NCBI GenBank assembly: GCA_963618495.1
Contig: CAVESF010000009.1
Coordinates: 179-64,178, forward strand
Source of the DNA: Acutalibacteraceae bacterium
GTDB lineage: Bacteria > Bacillota > Clostridia > Oscillospirales > CAG-272
Reading direction: 5' to 3'
Length of the DNA stretch: 64,000 bases
The translations under genes and the position numbers were made by a program. Below, in pieces: positions 17,557-28,475 of the stretch. The first letter of the stretch is position 1; each line of letters begins with the position of its first letter. The notes beneath the pieces are model-generated. The model saw only the letters and a program-made list of their open reading frames with translations, had not been told where the DNA came from and did no database searches.

Positions 17557-18972
17557 TTAATTTTGGGTATTCGGGTTAAATTCCTCGAATGTTACGCTGA
17601 CCTTAACCTCTGTGCAGTCCTTTTGATAAACCGTTGTCGAGGTTATGCCGCCGCTTGAACGAAGCACCGTCAGCTCTACCGTGTCGCCCACCTTGTATTT
17701 CGAGAGGGCAGAAGCAAAGGAAGAAGCGGGCGTAAATTCGCCGTCAAGCATATAAAGTATATCGCCTGCCTGAAGTCCTGCCTTTTCGGCACTGCTTCCG
17801 GCGGAGACAGACTGGATATAATAAACAATACTGTAATTTCTCTTTTCATCTATGAGATAGAGCGAATTTATAGTAACGCCGAGGCGTGCTCTGTCTCTTA
17901 TATAGCCTACCTCAATGAGATCGTTCAGCTCTTTTACCACTGTGTCTATCGGAATGGCAAAGCCGAATCCTTCAACGGTATCGCCGCTTATCTTGGCATT
18001 GACTATGCCGACAAGCTCGCCTGCCGCATTGAAGAGACCGCCGCCGGAATTTCCCTCATTGACAGCCGCATTCGTCTGAATGAGCGTCATGGAAGAACCG
18101 TCGATTGAAACTTTTCTCGAGAGTGCGCTGACCTTACCGTCGGTAAAGGTCAGACCGTAGCCGAGCGGATTACCTATAGCCGCAACATAATTGCCTACTA
18201 CAAGACTTGAGGAATTGCCTATCTTTGCGGGCTTGAGTCCGCTTGCGTTTTCAAGCTTGATGAGTGCCACATCGGCATCTTCGTCGCCGACGATAAACTG
18301 CGCATTGTACGTCGTGCCGTCGTTTGTAGTGACTGTGATACTGCGGCATGTTTCGCTTGCCACGTGATAATTTGTTATGACATAGCCGTCCTCGCTGTAG
18401 ATAACGCCGCTGCCTGCGCCGCGCGTAGCCTGCTCATAGGTTTTGCCCCACATTGTGTATGTCGTCACCGTGACTACTTCGACTACAACGACGCTGTCCA
18501 TGCAGCTTGCCGCTATCTCTTCGGGAGTGAGCATATCGCCCGAGCTTGTCGTCTGCTTTATCAGCGGGATAGGTGATGTTGTGGATGTGCTTTCATAACT
18601 GCTTGTCGTCTCATTCGGTGTCACCGCAGAGGAGGAACCGGATTCTGTCGGCGTTATGATATCGGACGGAGTTTGCTGCCTGCCGATGAAGGTGCCTGTC
18701 ACGATACCGGAAATTATCGATACCACGAGGCAGAGAGCAACTATCGCGGCTATACCTCCGCCGCTCATTCTCATGCCTTTCTTTTTCTTACGTTCTCTTT
18801 CACGGTCGAATTCATTCTTATATAAATTTTCAAAAACATAGGTCGGCTTCTCATCGGTCGTCTCTTTGGCATCTTCAGTGCCGCTGTCCTTTACGGTAAA
18901 GTTCGCTTCCATAGCATTATTGTTCTGTTCACCGTTTTCATTCTGATCGTTTTCATTTTCCCAAAGGCTCAT
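17557..18972 (-). CDS. HtrA/DegP-type serine protease (TM anchor, trypsin-like domain, PDZ)
   Basis: Contains NYHV, GNSGGGLF and a C-terminal PDZ-like region. An N-terminal cytoplasmic tail is followed by one TM segment and a Ser/Thr-rich linker. Confidence 0.85.
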   Translation of the reverse strand: MSLWENENDQNENGEQNNNAMEANFTVKDSGTEDAKETTDEKPTYVFENLYKNEFDRERERKKKKGMRMSGGGIAAIVALCLVVSIISGIVTGTFIGRQQTPSDIITPTESGSSSAVTPNETTSSYESTSTTSPIPLIKQTTSSGDMLTPEEIAASCMDSVVVVEVVTVTTYTMWGKTYEQATRGAGSGVIYSEDGYVITNYHVASETCRSITVTTNDGTTYNAQFIVGDEDADVALIKLENASGLKPAKIGNSSSLVVGNYVAAIGNPLGYGLTFTDGKVSALSRKVSIDGSSMTLIQTNAAVNEGNSGGGLFNAAGELVGIVNAKISGDTVEGFGFAIPIDTVVKELNDLIEVGYIRDRARLGVTINSLYLIDEKRNYSIVYYIQSVSAGSSAEKAGLQAGDILYMLDGEFTPASSFASALSKYKVGDTVELTVLRSSGGITSTTVYQKDCTEVKVSVTFEEFNPNTQN

Positions 18973-19140
18973 AAAACCTGACCTCCAAACTTGCCTGTTT
19001 CTTTTTACACATACATCTTACCACTTGTTTTTTACGATTTAATGAACAACATGCAGGTTCTTTGTAAATAAGATTGGAATTTTCCGCGAACTGCACGATT
19101 TTTTTCGTCGCTTTTTCATCGCAAACAGGAGTAAAAGGTA

Positions 19141-19170
19141 TTGACAAAGAAATATTGCTTATATTATAAT
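19141..19170 (+). promoter_or_regulatory. Promoter of the yicC cluster
   Basis: TTGACA, 18 nt spacer, TATAAT. Confidence 0.65.
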
Positions 19171-19237
19171 ATATATATATTAACCTTAAACTGACTATAA
19201 AAATGTAAAAATGCGCAAAAAATAAAAGAGGTAAAAT

Positions 19238-20119
19238 ATGATCAGAAGTATGACCGCCTACGGGCGGGCAAAAAAGCAGATAGGCGGACGCGATATTCTC
19301 GTTGAAATAAAGAGCGTAAACAGCCGCTATCTCGACTGCACGGTGAAAACCTCGAGGCTTTTCGGCTTTCTCGAGGAAAAGGCAAAGGCTTATATTCTCG
19401 CAAAAGGCATATCGCGCGGCAAGGTAGAGGTCTATATCGGCGTCGATGTGCTGGAAAACGATGGTGTGGAGATAGAAATAGACCGCGCCTATACGGAAAG
19501 CTATATAAACGCGCTGAAAAAGCTCGCATCGGAATTTGAACTCAAAGACGATATATCCACGATGCGCGTGGCGCAGAATCAGAATGTTTTCTCCGTCAAA
19601 AAGGCGGATGAAGATACCGAGGCGGAATGGCAGAAAGTGCTTCCCGTTATGGATGAAGCGCTTGCGGCATTCACGGCGGAGCGCGAACGCGAGGGCGAAA
19701 ATATGCGCGCCGACATCGCCGCAAAGAAAGAGCGCGTCAGGGAGCTTGCCGGGCAGATAGCTCCCATCTCGGAGGAAAACAAGGCGGCGCAGTTCGCTTC
19801 CATATCGGAGCGCATACGCGCACTGGCTGGCGACATCCCGCTCGACGAAAACCGCCTGCTGACGGAATGCGCCATCTATGCGGACAAAATCGCCGTAAAT
19901 GAAGAGACGGTGCGTCTTGCTTCCCACTTTGAAGCGTTCGATTCATTCCTGTGCAGCAGCGAGCCTGTCGGCAGAAAGCTTGACTTCCTGCTTCAGGAGA
20001 TGAACAGGGAAACAAATACGATAGGTTCAAAATCAAACGATTCGCGCATAGCAAAGCTTGTTATAGAAATGAAAAGCGAGCTCGAAAAGATACGCGAGCA
20101 GATTCAGAATATAGAATAA
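19238..20119 (+). CDS. yicC: YicC-family stress-induced protein
   Basis: [12 protein letters not shown]-terminus and a C-terminal REQIQNIE; first gene of the conserved yicC-remA-gmk cluster. Confidence 0.9.
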   Translation: MIRSMTAYGRAKKQIGGRDILVEIKSVNSRYLDCTVKTSRLFGFLEEKAKAYILAKGISRGKVEVYIGVDVLENDGVEIEIDRAYTESYINALKKLASEFELKDDISTMRVAQNQNVFSVKKADEDTEAEWQKVLPVMDEALAAFTAEREREGENMRADIAAKKERVRELAGQIAPISEENKAAQFASISERIRALAGDIPLDENRLLTECAIYADKIAVNEETVRLASHFEAFDSFLCSSEPVGRKLDFLLQEMNRETNTIGSKSNDSRIAKLVIEMKSELEKIREQIQNIE

Positions 20120-20141
20120 GAGCGGAAAGGAAAGCGACGAT

Positions 20142-20408
20142 ATGAAATTTATAAACATAGGCTTCGGCAATATGGTGGCGGCACACCGCGTGGTGACTTT
20201 CGTTTCCCCCGATTCCGCTCCGATAAAGCGTCTCGTGCAGGACGCACGCGATGCAGGCAGGGTGATAGACGTATCCTGCGGCAGAAGAACGCGTTGCGTC
20301 ATCATCACGGACAGCGACCATGTTATACTCTCGGCTATCCAGCCGGAAACGATATCAAACCGTCTCGGCGGTGTGCTCGAGCAGGAGGATGAGGAGGAGG
20401 ACGAATGA
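20142..20408 (+). CDS. remA: RemA/DUF370 regulatory protein
   Basis: 88 aa with [12 protein letters not shown]...SAIQPETI, typical of RemA; acidic tail. Confidence 0.85.
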   Translation: MKFINIGFGNMVAAHRVVTFVSPDSAPIKRLVQDARDAGRVIDVSCGRRTRCVIITDSDHVILSAIQPETISNRLGGVLEQEDEEEDE

Positions 20409-21031
20409 AAAGAGGACTTCTCTTTGTAGTTTCGGGTCCCTCCGGATGCGGAAAGGGAACTGTCGTTTCGCTCCTGCAAAAGGAACACGATTTTGTCGTT
20501 TCCGTCTCGGCGACGACGCGCGCCCCCAGAGAGGGCGAGGCAGACGGCGTGCATTACCATTTCTGGACGCACGAACGCTTTGAAAAAGCCATTGCCGACG
20601 GAGAAATGCTCGAATATACACTCTACAGCGGGAGCGGGAGATATTACGGAACGCCGAAAGCGCATATAGCCGAGGAGCTGGAGAGCGGCAGAGATGTCAT
20701 CCTCGAGATAGAGGTGGACGGCGCCATGCAGATAAAAAAGCGCATGCCTGAGGCAATACTTGTTTTCATGGTGCCTCCGAGCATGAAAGCACTGCGCGCG
20801 AGACTCATCGGCAGAGGCACAGAGAGCCTTGACGTCATAGAAGCGAGAACAGAACGCGCATATGAGGAACTGAAGTTCGCGCACGACTATGACTATATAA
20901 TAGTGAACGGCGAAAATTCCGTTGAGGAAACGGCGCAGAAACTGCTCGATATCGCCTCGGCGGAGAGATTCCGCACGGCAAGAAATACCGATTTTATCAA
21001 CACGCTTATTTCAGAGCAAGGAAAGGAATAA
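20405..21031 (+). CDS. gmk: Guanylate kinase
   Basis: [11 protein letters not shown]-loop and TTRAPREGE motif. Confidence 0.95.
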   Translation: MKRGLLFVVSGPSGCGKGTVVSLLQKEHDFVVSVSATTRAPREGEADGVHYHFWTHERFEKAIADGEMLEYTLYSGSGRYYGTPKAHIAEELESGRDVILEIEVDGAMQIKKRMPEAILVFMVPPSMKALRARLIGRGTESLDVIEARTERAYEELKFAHDYDYIIVNGENSVEETAQKLLDIASAERFRTARNTDFINTLISEQGKE

Positions 21032-21037
21032 ATCAAA

Positions 21038-21361
21038 ATGAAAAAACAGCAGATAAATACTCAGACAATGATAACACCCTCGATAGAGGAGCTGACAAAG
21101 GGAAAAATGAACCGTTATGCGCTCGTCATGGCTACGGCAAAGGCGGCAAAGATAGTTACCGATGAGTATATAGCTCAGCGCGAAGCGGCTGAAAAGAAGA
21201 TAGCCAATAAGGAAACGGATAAGCCGCTCTCCGCGCTGATAGACCCCGAGCTCCGCGACAGAAAGGCTGTACGCAACGCCGTAAACAGAATTTATGACGG
21301 CGAGATTGTTGTCAAAGAGCCGGAAGAGCTGACAGAAGCCGACGAAGAGACTCTGGGATGA
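21038..21361 (+). CDS. rpoZ: DNA-directed RNA polymerase subunit omega
   Basis: PSIEELTKGKMNRYALVMATAKAAK core motif; positioned after gmk. Confidence 0.85.
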   Translation: MKKQQINTQTMITPSIEELTKGKMNRYALVMATAKAAKIVTDEYIAQREAAEKKIANKETDKPLSALIDPELRDRKAVRNAVNRIYDGEIVVKEPEELTEADEETLG

Positions 21362-23802
21362 GAGAAAAGCTGCGGACGGCTGGCGTGCATCTGCTCGACC
21401 TGCCGCTTCATCTGGATAGCGAATACACATATTATGTGCCGCAGTCGGCGGAAGAGGTAGGAATAGGCTCGCTCGTATTTGTCCCTTTCGGCAGGGCAAA
21501 TGTCAGGCGTGCGGCTGTGGTCACCTCGCTTGACCCCGAGACGGATATGGAGCATCTCAAGCCGATACTCGGAGTCATGAGCGGCGAACTGCGGCTTTCG
21601 GAGCCGCTTCTTGCGCTCTGCCGTTTCGTCTGCGAGCGCACTGTCTGTCCGATGGGCGACGCCGTGAAAAGAATAATCCCCGCGGAGGCGCTCTCCCGTT
21701 CGGATGAACTTTTTTTCATAAACGAAGCTGCGCCGGAAGCGAAGTTCAATGCGAAATCGCGCCTTGTACTCGATTATGTGGCATCGTGCCGCGATGGCGT
21801 CACGGCGGAGCAGGTGGAAAAGGTTCTCGGAGCCGACAGCACGGTGCTTCTCCGTTCGCTTCTGCGCGAGGGAGCGCTCCGCTCGGAGCTTTTCATCCGC
21901 GATGCGGCAAGCGCGAATATTTCCGTCATATACGCCTGCGAGGATGCCGACACTGGCAAGCTTCTCGCGGCGAGAACACCTGCGGCGCAGAAAGAGATAT
22001 TTTCTCTCGTTTCCGAGAGCGACGGCATGGAGCTTTCGGAGCTGGCGGCGCTCGGCTACACCTCAGCGCAGGTGAAAGCCCTCGTCAAAAAAGGGCTCGT
22101 GCGCGAGGAAAAATGCGAATATTACAGAAACCCATATGAAAATCTCGGCGCCACGCCGCACCGCGAGCCGGTACTCTCGGAGGAGCAGACGCGGGCAAAG
22201 AATCTGCTCTACGCGCTGACTCTGGACGGCAAGCCGCACGCGGCGCTTCTGCACGGAGTTACGGGGAGCGGCAAAACAAGTGTCGTGCTTTCGCTCTGCC
22301 GCAGTCTTATCGACGACGGGAAAACAGCGATAGTCCTTGTCCCCGAGATAGCGCTGACATGGCAGTCGGTTTCGGCATTCGCCGCTGTTTTCGGCGGCAG
22401 ACTTGCCGTCATACATTCGAGACTTTCCGGCGGAGAGCGGCTCGATACTTTCCGCAGGATAAGACGCGGCGAGGTTGATATCGTTCTCGGCACGAGAAGT
22501 GCCGTTTTCGCTCCGCTCGAGCGGCTCGGCGCCGTGATAATAGACGAGGAGCAGGAGCATACATACAAATCGGAGCAGTCGCCGAAATATCATGCGCGCG
22601 ATATCGCGAGATACCGCTGCGCGGAGTCGGGTGCGCTGATGCTGCTTTGCAGTGCCACGCCCTCTGTCGAAAGCTACGAAAAGGCGAAGCGCGGAGTTTA
22701 TACCCTCGTGGAGCTGAAAAACCGCTACGGGACGGCGCGTCTGCCCGAGGTCATCATCTCGGATATGCGAAAGGCGGCTTCTCCCGAGAGCTATATAGGC
22801 GAGGATCTGCGCCGCGAGCTTGAGAGAACGCTCCGCGCGGGCGAACAGGCGGTTCTCTTTCTCAACAGGCGCGGCTACAGCAGTTATATGTCCTGCCGCC
22901 TCTGCGGTGAGGCTGTGCTCTGCCCGCATTGCTCCGTTTCGCTGACATATCATAAGAAGCGCGGCGGGAAAGGTTATCTCTCCTGCCACTACTGCGGATA
23001 CCGCAGAGAGGTGCCGTCCGTCTGTCCCTCGTGCGGGAGCGAGCATCTTTCGCTCGGCGGATTCGGCACGCAGAAAATAGAGGATGAACTCTGCACGCTT
23101 TTTCCCCATGCACGCGTCATGCGTATGGATGCGGATACGACGCGCGGCAGATTTTCACAGGACGAAATATGCGAAAAATTCCGCAACCGCGAGGCGGATA
23201 TCCTCATCGGCACGCAGATGGTGACAAAAGGACATAATTTCCCCTCGGTCACGCTCGTCGGCATAGTGGCGGCGGACAATTCGCTCTTCATGGACGATTT
23301 CCGCGCGGGAGAGCGGACATTTTCGCTGATAACGCAGGCTGTCGGCAGGTCGGGCAGAGGTGCCGCTCCCGGCAAGGCTGTCATCCAGACCTCAAATCCC
23401 GACAATCCGACAATCCTCCTTGCCGCAAAGCAGGATTATATCGCTTTCTATGAAAACGATATCGCCATGCGCCGCGCGATGAGCTTTCCGCCCTATTGCG
23501 ATATGGCGGTGCTCTCCGTTTCGGGCACGGAGGAAACCCGCGTGCGCGAAACGGCGCAGGCTCTCTCGGAGCGCCTGCGTGCACTCTGCTCGGGAGAATT
23601 TCCCGATTGCCGCGGCGTAATATTCGGTCCTTTTGAAGCCGATATATATAAGATAAACGAAAAATACCGCATGAGAATGGTGATAAAATTCCGCGAAAAC
23701 AAGCGTTGGCGTCTGCTTTTCGCCACGCTGATGAAGGAATTCGGCAGGTATACCTCGCAGTCGCTCTCTGTAGGTATAGATATAAATCCAAGTACCGTTT
23801 GA
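21358..23802 (+). CDS. priA: Primosomal protein N' (PriA helicase)
   Basis: 814 aa with GVTGSGKT Walker A, DEEQ box and a Cys-rich zinc-binding insert (CRLCG...CPHC...CHYCG...CPSCG). Confidence 0.95.
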   Translation: MREKLRTAGVHLLDLPLHLDSEYTYYVPQSAEEVGIGSLVFVPFGRANVRRAAVVTSLDPETDMEHLKPILGVMSGELRLSEPLLALCRFVCERTVCPMGDAVKRIIPAEALSRSDELFFINEAAPEAKFNAKSRLVLDYVASCRDGVTAEQVEKVLGADSTVLLRSLLREGALRSELFIRDAASANISVIYACEDADTGKLLAARTPAAQKEIFSLVSESDGMELSELAALGYTSAQVKALVKKGLVREEKCEYYRNPYENLGATPHREPVLSEEQTRAKNLLYALTLDGKPHAALLHGVTGSGKTSVVLSLCRSLIDDGKTAIVLVPEIALTWQSVSAFAAVFGGRLAVIHSRLSGGERLDTFRRIRRGEVDIVLGTRSAVFAPLERLGAVIIDEEQEHTYKSEQSPKYHARDIARYRCAESGALMLLCSATPSVESYEKAKRGVYTLVELKNRYGTARLPEVIISDMRKAASPESYIGEDLRRELERTLRAGEQAVLFLNRRGYSSYMSCRLCGEAVLCPHCSVSLTYHKKRGGKGYLSCHYCGYRREVPSVCPSCGSEHLSLGGFGTQKIEDELCTLFPHARVMRMDADTTRGRFSQDEICEKFRNREADILIGTQMVTKGHNFPSVTLVGIVAADNSLFMDDFRAGERTFSLITQAVGRSGRGAAPGKAVIQTSNPDNPTILLAAKQDYIAFYENDIAMRRAMSFPPYCDMAVLSVSGTEETRVRETAQALSERLRALCSGEFPDCRGVIFGPFEADIYKINEKYRMRMVIKFRENKRWRLLFATLMKEFGRYTSQSLSVGIDINPSTV

Positions 23803-23819
23803 TTTACGGAGGTAGAAAA

Positions 23820-24311
23820 ATGGCACTGCTCAATATACTCAAAGAGGGAGAGGAAACTCTGCGCAAAAAAAGCCGTCCCCTCGACAAAATAACGGAACGC
23901 ACGCGCACTCTCCTCGACGATATGCTCGAGACCATGCGAAATGCCGACGGCGTGGGTCTTGCCGCTCCGCAGGTAGGCGTACTCCGCCGCGTCGTGGTGA
24001 TCGAGGTGGACCACGGCGAGGTCATAGAACTGATAAATCCCGAGATAATATATTCTTCCGGCTCGCAGACGGGACTGGAGGGCTGTCTCTCCATCCCGGG
24101 AAAGAACGGGATATGCACGCGTCCCTCTTACGTTAAGGTTCGTGCGCTGGACAGAGATGGAAAAGAACGCGAATACGAGGGCACGGGACTGCTCGCGCGT
24201 TGCTTCTGCCATGAGATAGACCATCTCGACGGCAGGCTCTATCCCGACATAGCCGACAGGATGATGACTCCCGAAGAGGTAGCCGAATACTACGCGGAGG
24301 ATGACAAGTGA
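23820..24311 (+). CDS. def: Peptide deformylase
   Basis: GVGLAAPQ, EGCLS and HEIDHL motifs. Confidence 0.95.
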   Translation: MALLNILKEGEETLRKKSRPLDKITERTRTLLDDMLETMRNADGVGLAAPQVGVLRRVVVIEVDHGEVIELINPEIIYSSGSQTGLEGCLSIPGKNGICTRPSYVKVRALDRDGKEREYEGTGLLARCFCHEIDHLDGRLYPDIADRMMTPEEVAEYYAEDDK

Positions 24312-25252
24312 GAATAGTTTTCATGGGTACGCCCGAGTTTGCCTCGGCGGCGCTTGGTGCGCTCATAGCTTCGCCCTACGGCGCCGATACAGTCGGAGTT
24401 GTCACGCGGCAGGACAAACCGAAAAACCGCGGTCATGTCATGACGCCGCCGCCCGTGAAGGTGCTGGCGAAAGAGCATGGCATCCCCGTATATCAACCGC
24501 AGAATCTGAAAGCGGAAAATTTCGCCGATACGCTCGCCGCCCTTGCTCCAGATATAATCATCGTCGCGGCATACGGGCGCATACTGCCGAAATATGTGCT
24601 TGACGCACCGCGCTTCGGCTGTATCAATATCCACGGCTCCCTGCTCCCGAAATACCGCGGTGCTGCGCCCATACAGCGCGCCATCATGGCAGGCGAAAAG
24701 GAACTCGGTATCACCCTCATGTATATGGAAGAGGGTCTGGACACGGGCGATATGATAGCGAAAAGCTCATATTTTCCCGATGAAAACGATAATTTCGGCA
24801 AGATACACGATACGCTTGCGAAAATGGGCGCCGACCTGCTGATTAGCACTCTCCCCGATATTTTCGCAGGGAAAGCGACAAGGGAAAAGCAGGACGACGC
24901 GCTCTCAAATTACGCGGCGAAAATAGAAAAAGAGGACGCGAAGACAGATTTCTCCGCCACGGCAAAAGAGGTGCACGATAAGATTCGTGCGCTCTCTCCC
25001 GAGCCTGCGGCATACGCTCTGCTCGGCGACTCCACGCTGAAAATAACCGAGTCGGAGCTCACAGACCTGCCCGCAGAGGGTGAAGCGGGGCTTGTCACTG
25101 CGCTTGACGCAAAAAAGAGCGGCGCGATATATGTAAACTGCGCGGACTTCAGGATAAAGCTTCTGCGGCTCATACCCGAGGGCAAAAAGGAAATGAGCGC
25201 GGGCGATTTTATAAGAGGAAGAAAAATAGAGGCGGGGCAGAAGCTCGGATGA
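24308..25252 (+). CDS. fmt: Methionyl-tRNA formyltransferase
   Basis: MRIVFMGTPEFA N-terminus and HGSLLPKYRGAAPI motif. GTG start overlaps the def stop. Confidence 0.95.
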   Translation: MRIVFMGTPEFASAALGALIASPYGADTVGVVTRQDKPKNRGHVMTPPPVKVLAKEHGIPVYQPQNLKAENFADTLAALAPDIIIVAAYGRILPKYVLDAPRFGCINIHGSLLPKYRGAAPIQRAIMAGEKELGITLMYMEEGLDTGDMIAKSSYFPDENDNFGKIHDTLAKMGADLLISTLPDIFAGKATREKQDDALSNYAAKIEKEDAKTDFSATAKEVHDKIRALSPEPAAYALLGDSTLKITESELTDLPAEGEAGLVTALDAKKSGAIYVNCADFRIKLLRLIPEGKKEMSAGDFIRGRKIEAGQKLG

Positions 25253-25277
25253 GCACCCGCAACGGAAGGAGCGGCAT

Positions 25278-26591
25278 ATGACCGCAAGAGAAGCGGCGTT
25301 TCTCTCGCTGCAAAAGTACCGCGGAAGCGGCAAATATTCAAATATAGAACTCTCGGGCAGCATAGAGCGGCTCGGGCTGGAGGGCGCGGAAAAGGCGCTC
25401 TATACCGCACTTTTTTACGGCGTTATCGAAAGGGAAATCACGCTCGATTATTTCATCTCGTGCCTCTCGGAGCGCAGGACAGAAGATATCGACCGCGATG
25501 TGCGCACGATTCTGGAGCTTGGCATATATCAGCTTGAATATATGGACAAAATCCCCGAATCCGCCGCCGTGAACGAGAGCGTGAAGCTCGCCCGCCGTTT
25601 CTACGCGAGAAAAAACAGCGAGGCTTTCATCAATGCGCTCCTGCGGAATTTCATCCGCGAGAGAAAGAATATCTCCCTCCCGAAAAAGGAGGACAATTAC
25701 ATAAAATATCTTTCCGTGCGCTATTCGCTTCCCGAGTGGATTTGCTCCCTCTGGTGCGACGCCTACGGAAAGGCGCGCGCGGAAAAGGCGGCGGCAGGCA
25801 CACTCTGCCATCCGACGATGACCCTGCGTGCAAATACGCTGAGAATAAGCCGCGATGAGCTTATGCAGAGGCTCACTGCTGCAGGCATTCCGTGCGTTCC
25901 CTGCAAGGGAGCGGCGTGCGGCATACGCCTTTCCAACCATGTGCCGCTTGATAAGCTTGCAGAATTTGACGGGCTTTACTTCGTGCAGGACGAGGCTTCG
26001 CAGATAGCCGTTTCGGCGCTCGGCGCGAAAAAGGGCGAAACTGTGCTCGATATGTGCGCCTGCCCCGGCGGCAAAAGCTTCGGCATAGCCATGGGTATGG
26101 AAAACGAGGGGAGTGTCCTTGCTTTCGACCTGCACAAAAACAAGCTTTCGCTCATAGAGAGAGCGGCGGAAAAACTCGGCATAGGTATAATCGAAACAGG
26201 CGAAAACAACGCTTCGTTCTACCGCGAGGATTTGCCCGCGGCAGACCGCATACTCTGCGATGTCCCCTGCTCGGGACTCGGCGTCATCGCCAAAAAACCC
26301 GATATCAAATACAAAAAACGCGAGGATACAGAGCGCCTGCCGGCACTTCAGAAGAAGATTCTCGAAACGAGCGCACGCTACCTTAAATCAGGCGGCACTC
26401 TCGTTTATTCGACCTGCTCGCTGAATCCCGCGGAGAATAAAAATATAGTCTCGGCTTTCATCTCGGAAAATGCGGATTTTGAGCTTTGCGCTTTCCGCGC
26501 GGGCGGCGCGGAGTGCGCCGGCATGCTCGAACTTATCCCGTGCGAGACAACGGACGGCTTCTTCATAGCCAAAATGAAAAAGGTGAAATAA
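25278..26591 (+). CDS. rsmB: 16S rRNA (cytosine967-C5)-methyltransferase RsmB
   Basis: NusB-like N-terminal domain plus a SAM methyltransferase (DMCACPGGK, DVPCSGLG, YSTCS). Confidence 0.9.
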   Translation: MTAREAAFLSLQKYRGSGKYSNIELSGSIERLGLEGAEKALYTALFYGVIEREITLDYFISCLSERRTEDIDRDVRTILELGIYQLEYMDKIPESAAVNESVKLARRFYARKNSEAFINALLRNFIRERKNISLPKKEDNYIKYLSVRYSLPEWICSLWCDAYGKARAEKAAAGTLCHPTMTLRANTLRISRDELMQRLTAAGIPCVPCKGAACGIRLSNHVPLDKLAEFDGLYFVQDEASQIAVSALGAKKGETVLDMCACPGGKSFGIAMGMENEGSVLAFDLHKNKLSLIERAAEKLGIGIIETGENNASFYREDLPAADRILCDVPCSGLGVIAKKPDIKYKKREDTERLPALQKKILETSARYLKSGGTLVYSTCSLNPAENKNIVSAFISENADFELCAFRAGGAECAGMLELIPCETTDGFFIAKMKKVK

Positions 26592-27644
26592 ATGGCACAG
26601 GCAGAAAGAAAATACGACCTTGCGAGTATGACGCTTACCGGGCTTTCGGAATATATCGTCGCGCTCGGCGAGCCGAAATACCGCGCCAAGCAGATTTTCG
26701 ACTGGATAAACAAGGGCGAAAATTTCTCCGGAATGAAAAATGTCCCCGCGACACTCAAGGATAAGCTTATCGCCGACGGCGCTTTCATCGCGGGAATGAA
26801 GCCGGAACGCAAGCAGGTCTCGGCGGACGGGACGGTGAAGTATCTTTTCTCGGCGGACGACGGCGAGAAGATAGAATCCGTTCTCATGTCTTATAAGCAC
26901 GGGCATACAATCTGCATATCATCCGAGGCGGGCTGCGCCATGGGATGCAAATTCTGCGCCTCCACGCTCGGCGGACTCTCGCGCAGGCTTCTCCCATCGG
27001 AGATGCTCATGCAGGTCATAATGGCGCAAAGAGACGCGGGTGAGCGCATCTCGAATATCGTGCTCATGGGTATCGGCGAGCCGCTCGATAATTATGATAA
27101 TGTGCTGAAATTTCTGCGGCTTGTCGGCAGTCCCGATTCGCTGAATATCGGCTATCGCCATATTTCGCTCTCGACCTGCGGACTTGTGGATAAGATAGAA
27201 AGGCTCGCGGACGAGGGTCTTCCGATCACGCTCTCCGTTTCGCTCCATGCTTATGACGACGAAACGAGAAGCGCGCTCATGCCCATAAACAAGAAATGGT
27301 GCATTTCCGAGCTGCTCTCCGCCTGCGGCAGGTATTTTGCGAAAACAGGGCGGCGCATCTCCTTTGAATATACTCTCATCGCAGGCAAAAACGACAGCGA
27401 GGGCGGCGCAAAAAAGCTTGCCCGCGTGCTGAAAACCTACTGCGGCGATATGCCGCTACATGTAAATCTCATACCCGTAAACAATGTCACGGAACGCGGA
27501 CTTCTTCCCAGCAGCAGAGAGGGGGCGGATCGTTTCGCGGCGATACTGGAGGGCGAGCATATAACGGCGACGATACGCCGCAAGCTCGGCTCGGATATAG
27601 ATGCCTCCTGCGGGCAGCTCCGCGCAAAGGCGGCAAAGAAATGA
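26592..27644 (+). CDS. rlmN: 23S rRNA/tRNA (adenine-C2)-methyltransferase RlmN (radical SAM)
   Basis: CAMGCKFCAS radical-SAM cluster motif, GIGEPL, C-terminal DIDASCGQL. Confidence 0.95.
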   Translation: MAQAERKYDLASMTLTGLSEYIVALGEPKYRAKQIFDWINKGENFSGMKNVPATLKDKLIADGAFIAGMKPERKQVSADGTVKYLFSADDGEKIESVLMSYKHGHTICISSEAGCAMGCKFCASTLGGLSRRLLPSEMLMQVIMAQRDAGERISNIVLMGIGEPLDNYDNVLKFLRLVGSPDSLNIGYRHISLSTCGLVDKIERLADEGLPITLSVSLHAYDDETRSALMPINKKWCISELLSACGRYFAKTGRRISFEYTLIAGKNDSEGGAKKLARVLKTYCGDMPLHVNLIPVNNVTERGLLPSSREGADRFAAILEGEHITATIRRKLGSDIDASCGQLRAKAAKK

Positions 27645-27674
27645 TTCCCTATATCTTGAAAGGAAAGGCTTTTT

Positions 27675-28454
27675 ATGGTATTTTTTGGTAGAAGCGATGT
27701 GGGCCTGCGCAGACAGATAAATCAGGACTGCTTCTCATGCATGCGCATATGGGGCGGCGAAGCCGTTCTTCTTGCCGTCTGCGACGGAATGGGCGGTCAT
27801 AAGGCGGGAGAAATAGCCAGCCAGAAAGCGATGGCTGTCTTTTGCGATAAAATAGTCGGCAGTCCCTGCATAGAGGAACAGCCCGAAAAGGCGCGTGCCG
27901 CCATCCGCAAAACGATGACTCTTGCCGCTTCTGCCGCAAACAGAACCGTGTATGAAATGTCAAGCCGTTTCGATGAGCTTGCCGGCATGGGTACCACCCT
28001 TGTCGCGGCGATAGTATACGGAGGCGTGCTCTACGCGATAAATATAGGCGACAGCAGAGCCTATATCGTCACGCGAAGAGAGGCTTTTCAAATTACGCGC
28101 GACCACTCATTCGTGCAGTATCTGATAAAGGAAAAGAAACTCACGGAGGAAGAGGCGAAATATTATCCTCACAAAAATGTGATAACAAGGGCAATCGGCA
28201 TAAACGATTCCATAGAGATAGACTTTTTCCATGCAAATCTACGCTCATGGGGCACGGGATACCTGCTCCTTTGCAGCGACGGACTGACAAATTATGCGGA
28301 AAACAGCGACCTTGTGAATATAATCTGCACTCAGACAAAGGCGGACAGAGTTTCGCCCGAGGGCGAGCTTGCGAGAAAGACAGAGCAGCTCATAGCCTTT
28401 GCAAACAAAAAGGGCGGCGGCGACAATATAACAGCCGTTCTTGCCAAATTCTGA
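27675..28454 (+). CDS. PP2C-family Ser/Thr phosphatase (Stp/PrpC-like)
   Basis: SDVGLRRQINQD, CDGMGGH and GGGDNIT motifs; directly upstream of the kinase. Confidence 0.9.
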   Translation: MVFFGRSDVGLRRQINQDCFSCMRIWGGEAVLLAVCDGMGGHKAGEIASQKAMAVFCDKIVGSPCIEEQPEKARAAIRKTMTLAASAANRTVYEMSSRFDELAGMGTTLVAAIVYGGVLYAINIGDSRAYIVTRREAFQITRDHSFVQYLIKEKKLTEEEAKYYPHKNVITRAIGINDSIEIDFFHANLRSWGTGYLLLCSDGLTNYAENSDLVNIICTQTKADRVSPEGELARKTEQLIAFANKKGGGDNITAVLAKF

Positions 28455-28475
28455 TGAGATTACAGGGGTTGAAAA